Program-made: the position numbers and the translations under genes
Assembly: GCF_006345805.1 (NCBI RefSeq)
Contig: NW_021833952.1
Location: 1-52,429, forward strand
DNA length: 52,429 nucleotides
Direction: 5' to 3'
Origin: Octopus sinensis
Taxonomy: Eukaryota
The notes under the pieces: generated by a model
Database searches by the model: none
The model's input: the letters and a program-made list of their open reading frames with translations, nothing else
What the model was told of the DNA's origin: nothing
Shown here: piece by piece, positions 51,631 through 52,429 of the stretch
Numbering within the stretch: the stretch's first letter is position 1
How the letters are laid out: each line of letters starts with the position of its first letter

Positions 51631-52039
51631 TATTATTTAGAATAAATAAACGGATATATAATATATATATGTGTGTTTTGTATGATCAGATATGAATATC
51701 TCCCTATAGAGATGCATTAGTTACTCTTTTTTTCACTCACACTCTCTACATCTCCATCTTTCTCTTTCTCTTTCTCCTTCTCCCTCAACTCTTCTTCTCT
51801 TTCCTGCTGTATACCTTCCTCCTCGTGTTCTCCCTTCTCTATCATATAGATCATCCATTTAACTCCATTCTCTTTCTTCTTTCATTTTCTTCTCCTGTAT
51901 TAATTTCTCTCTTTATATATGACTCTCTCTCTCCTTGAACTCCTCTCATTATTCCCCAATCCCTTTCTCTCTCACTCTTTCCCTTTCAACTTTAATAAAT
52001 ACACTTACCTTCTAATATACGTATATATGTGTGTATACA

Positions 52040-52350
52040 TGTTGCTGTGGTAAGAAGCTTGCTTCCCAATCACATGGTTTCGGGTCACTTCCATTGTAAG
52101 GCACACTGAGCAAGGTCTTCTACAAAATCCTCGAGTTATTTATTGTCTCTCTCTATGTGTGTGTGGAGTCATTTTTGTTTCTTTTATACTTGTCCACCAT
52201 TGAACTACAGCCATACTGGAGCACAAATCTACTCTCAGTACTGTTTTTTTAAACCTGGTACTTATTCTATGGCCGCTTTTCCTGAACTGATACATTACAA
52301 GGACGTAAACAAACCAACACTACTTAGGGATAAACCCAAACACAGGACAC
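52040..52350. mobile_element. Diverged SINE A pieces (plus head, minus 3' half)
   Basis: GCTGTGGTAAGAAGCTTGCTTCCCAATCACATGG; GTACTTATTCTATGGCC. Confidence 0.6.
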
Positions 52351-52429
52351 ATAAGCATAGACATATACACATATCATTAGCTTCCATTCACTCAATCCTC
52401 TTACAAGACTTTTGTTTAACCTGGACGTA

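Overview
AT-rich eukaryotic non-coding DNA saturated with microsatellites ((TA)n, (CA)n, (TATC)n, (GAT)n) and interspersed repeats. The repeat repertoire and (TA)n density are what I recognise from octopus (coleoid cephalopod) genomes; this is an inference, since no search was run. No intact protein-coding gene is visible, and almost all ORFs in the track are microsatellite translations. Supported content: several tRNA-headed SINE families (working labels A, B, C, E, F); an RTE-clade LINE present as decayed ORF pieces and many 5'-truncated 3'UTR copies; decayed Tc1/mariner elements of at least four lineages; and three MITEs with clear TIRs and TSDs (8-bp, TTAA, TA). The most interesting signal is a set of nine type I hammerhead-ribozyme-like motifs with palindromic helix III in short, ORF-less modules mostly embedded in (TA)n tracts. 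They occur singly, in a same-strand trio, in a divergent pair, and inside a fold-back whose antisense arm could mask the ribozyme. This resembles a non-autonomous Penelope-like/retrozyme-type system. Also notable are an inverted pair of diverged 34-codon segments with third-position-biased differences, a twin-priming-type inversion in an RTE copy, and a few weak plus-strand exon candidates suggesting the window may be intronic. Repeat boundaries were aligned by eye and are approximate unless a TSD or TIR is cited.
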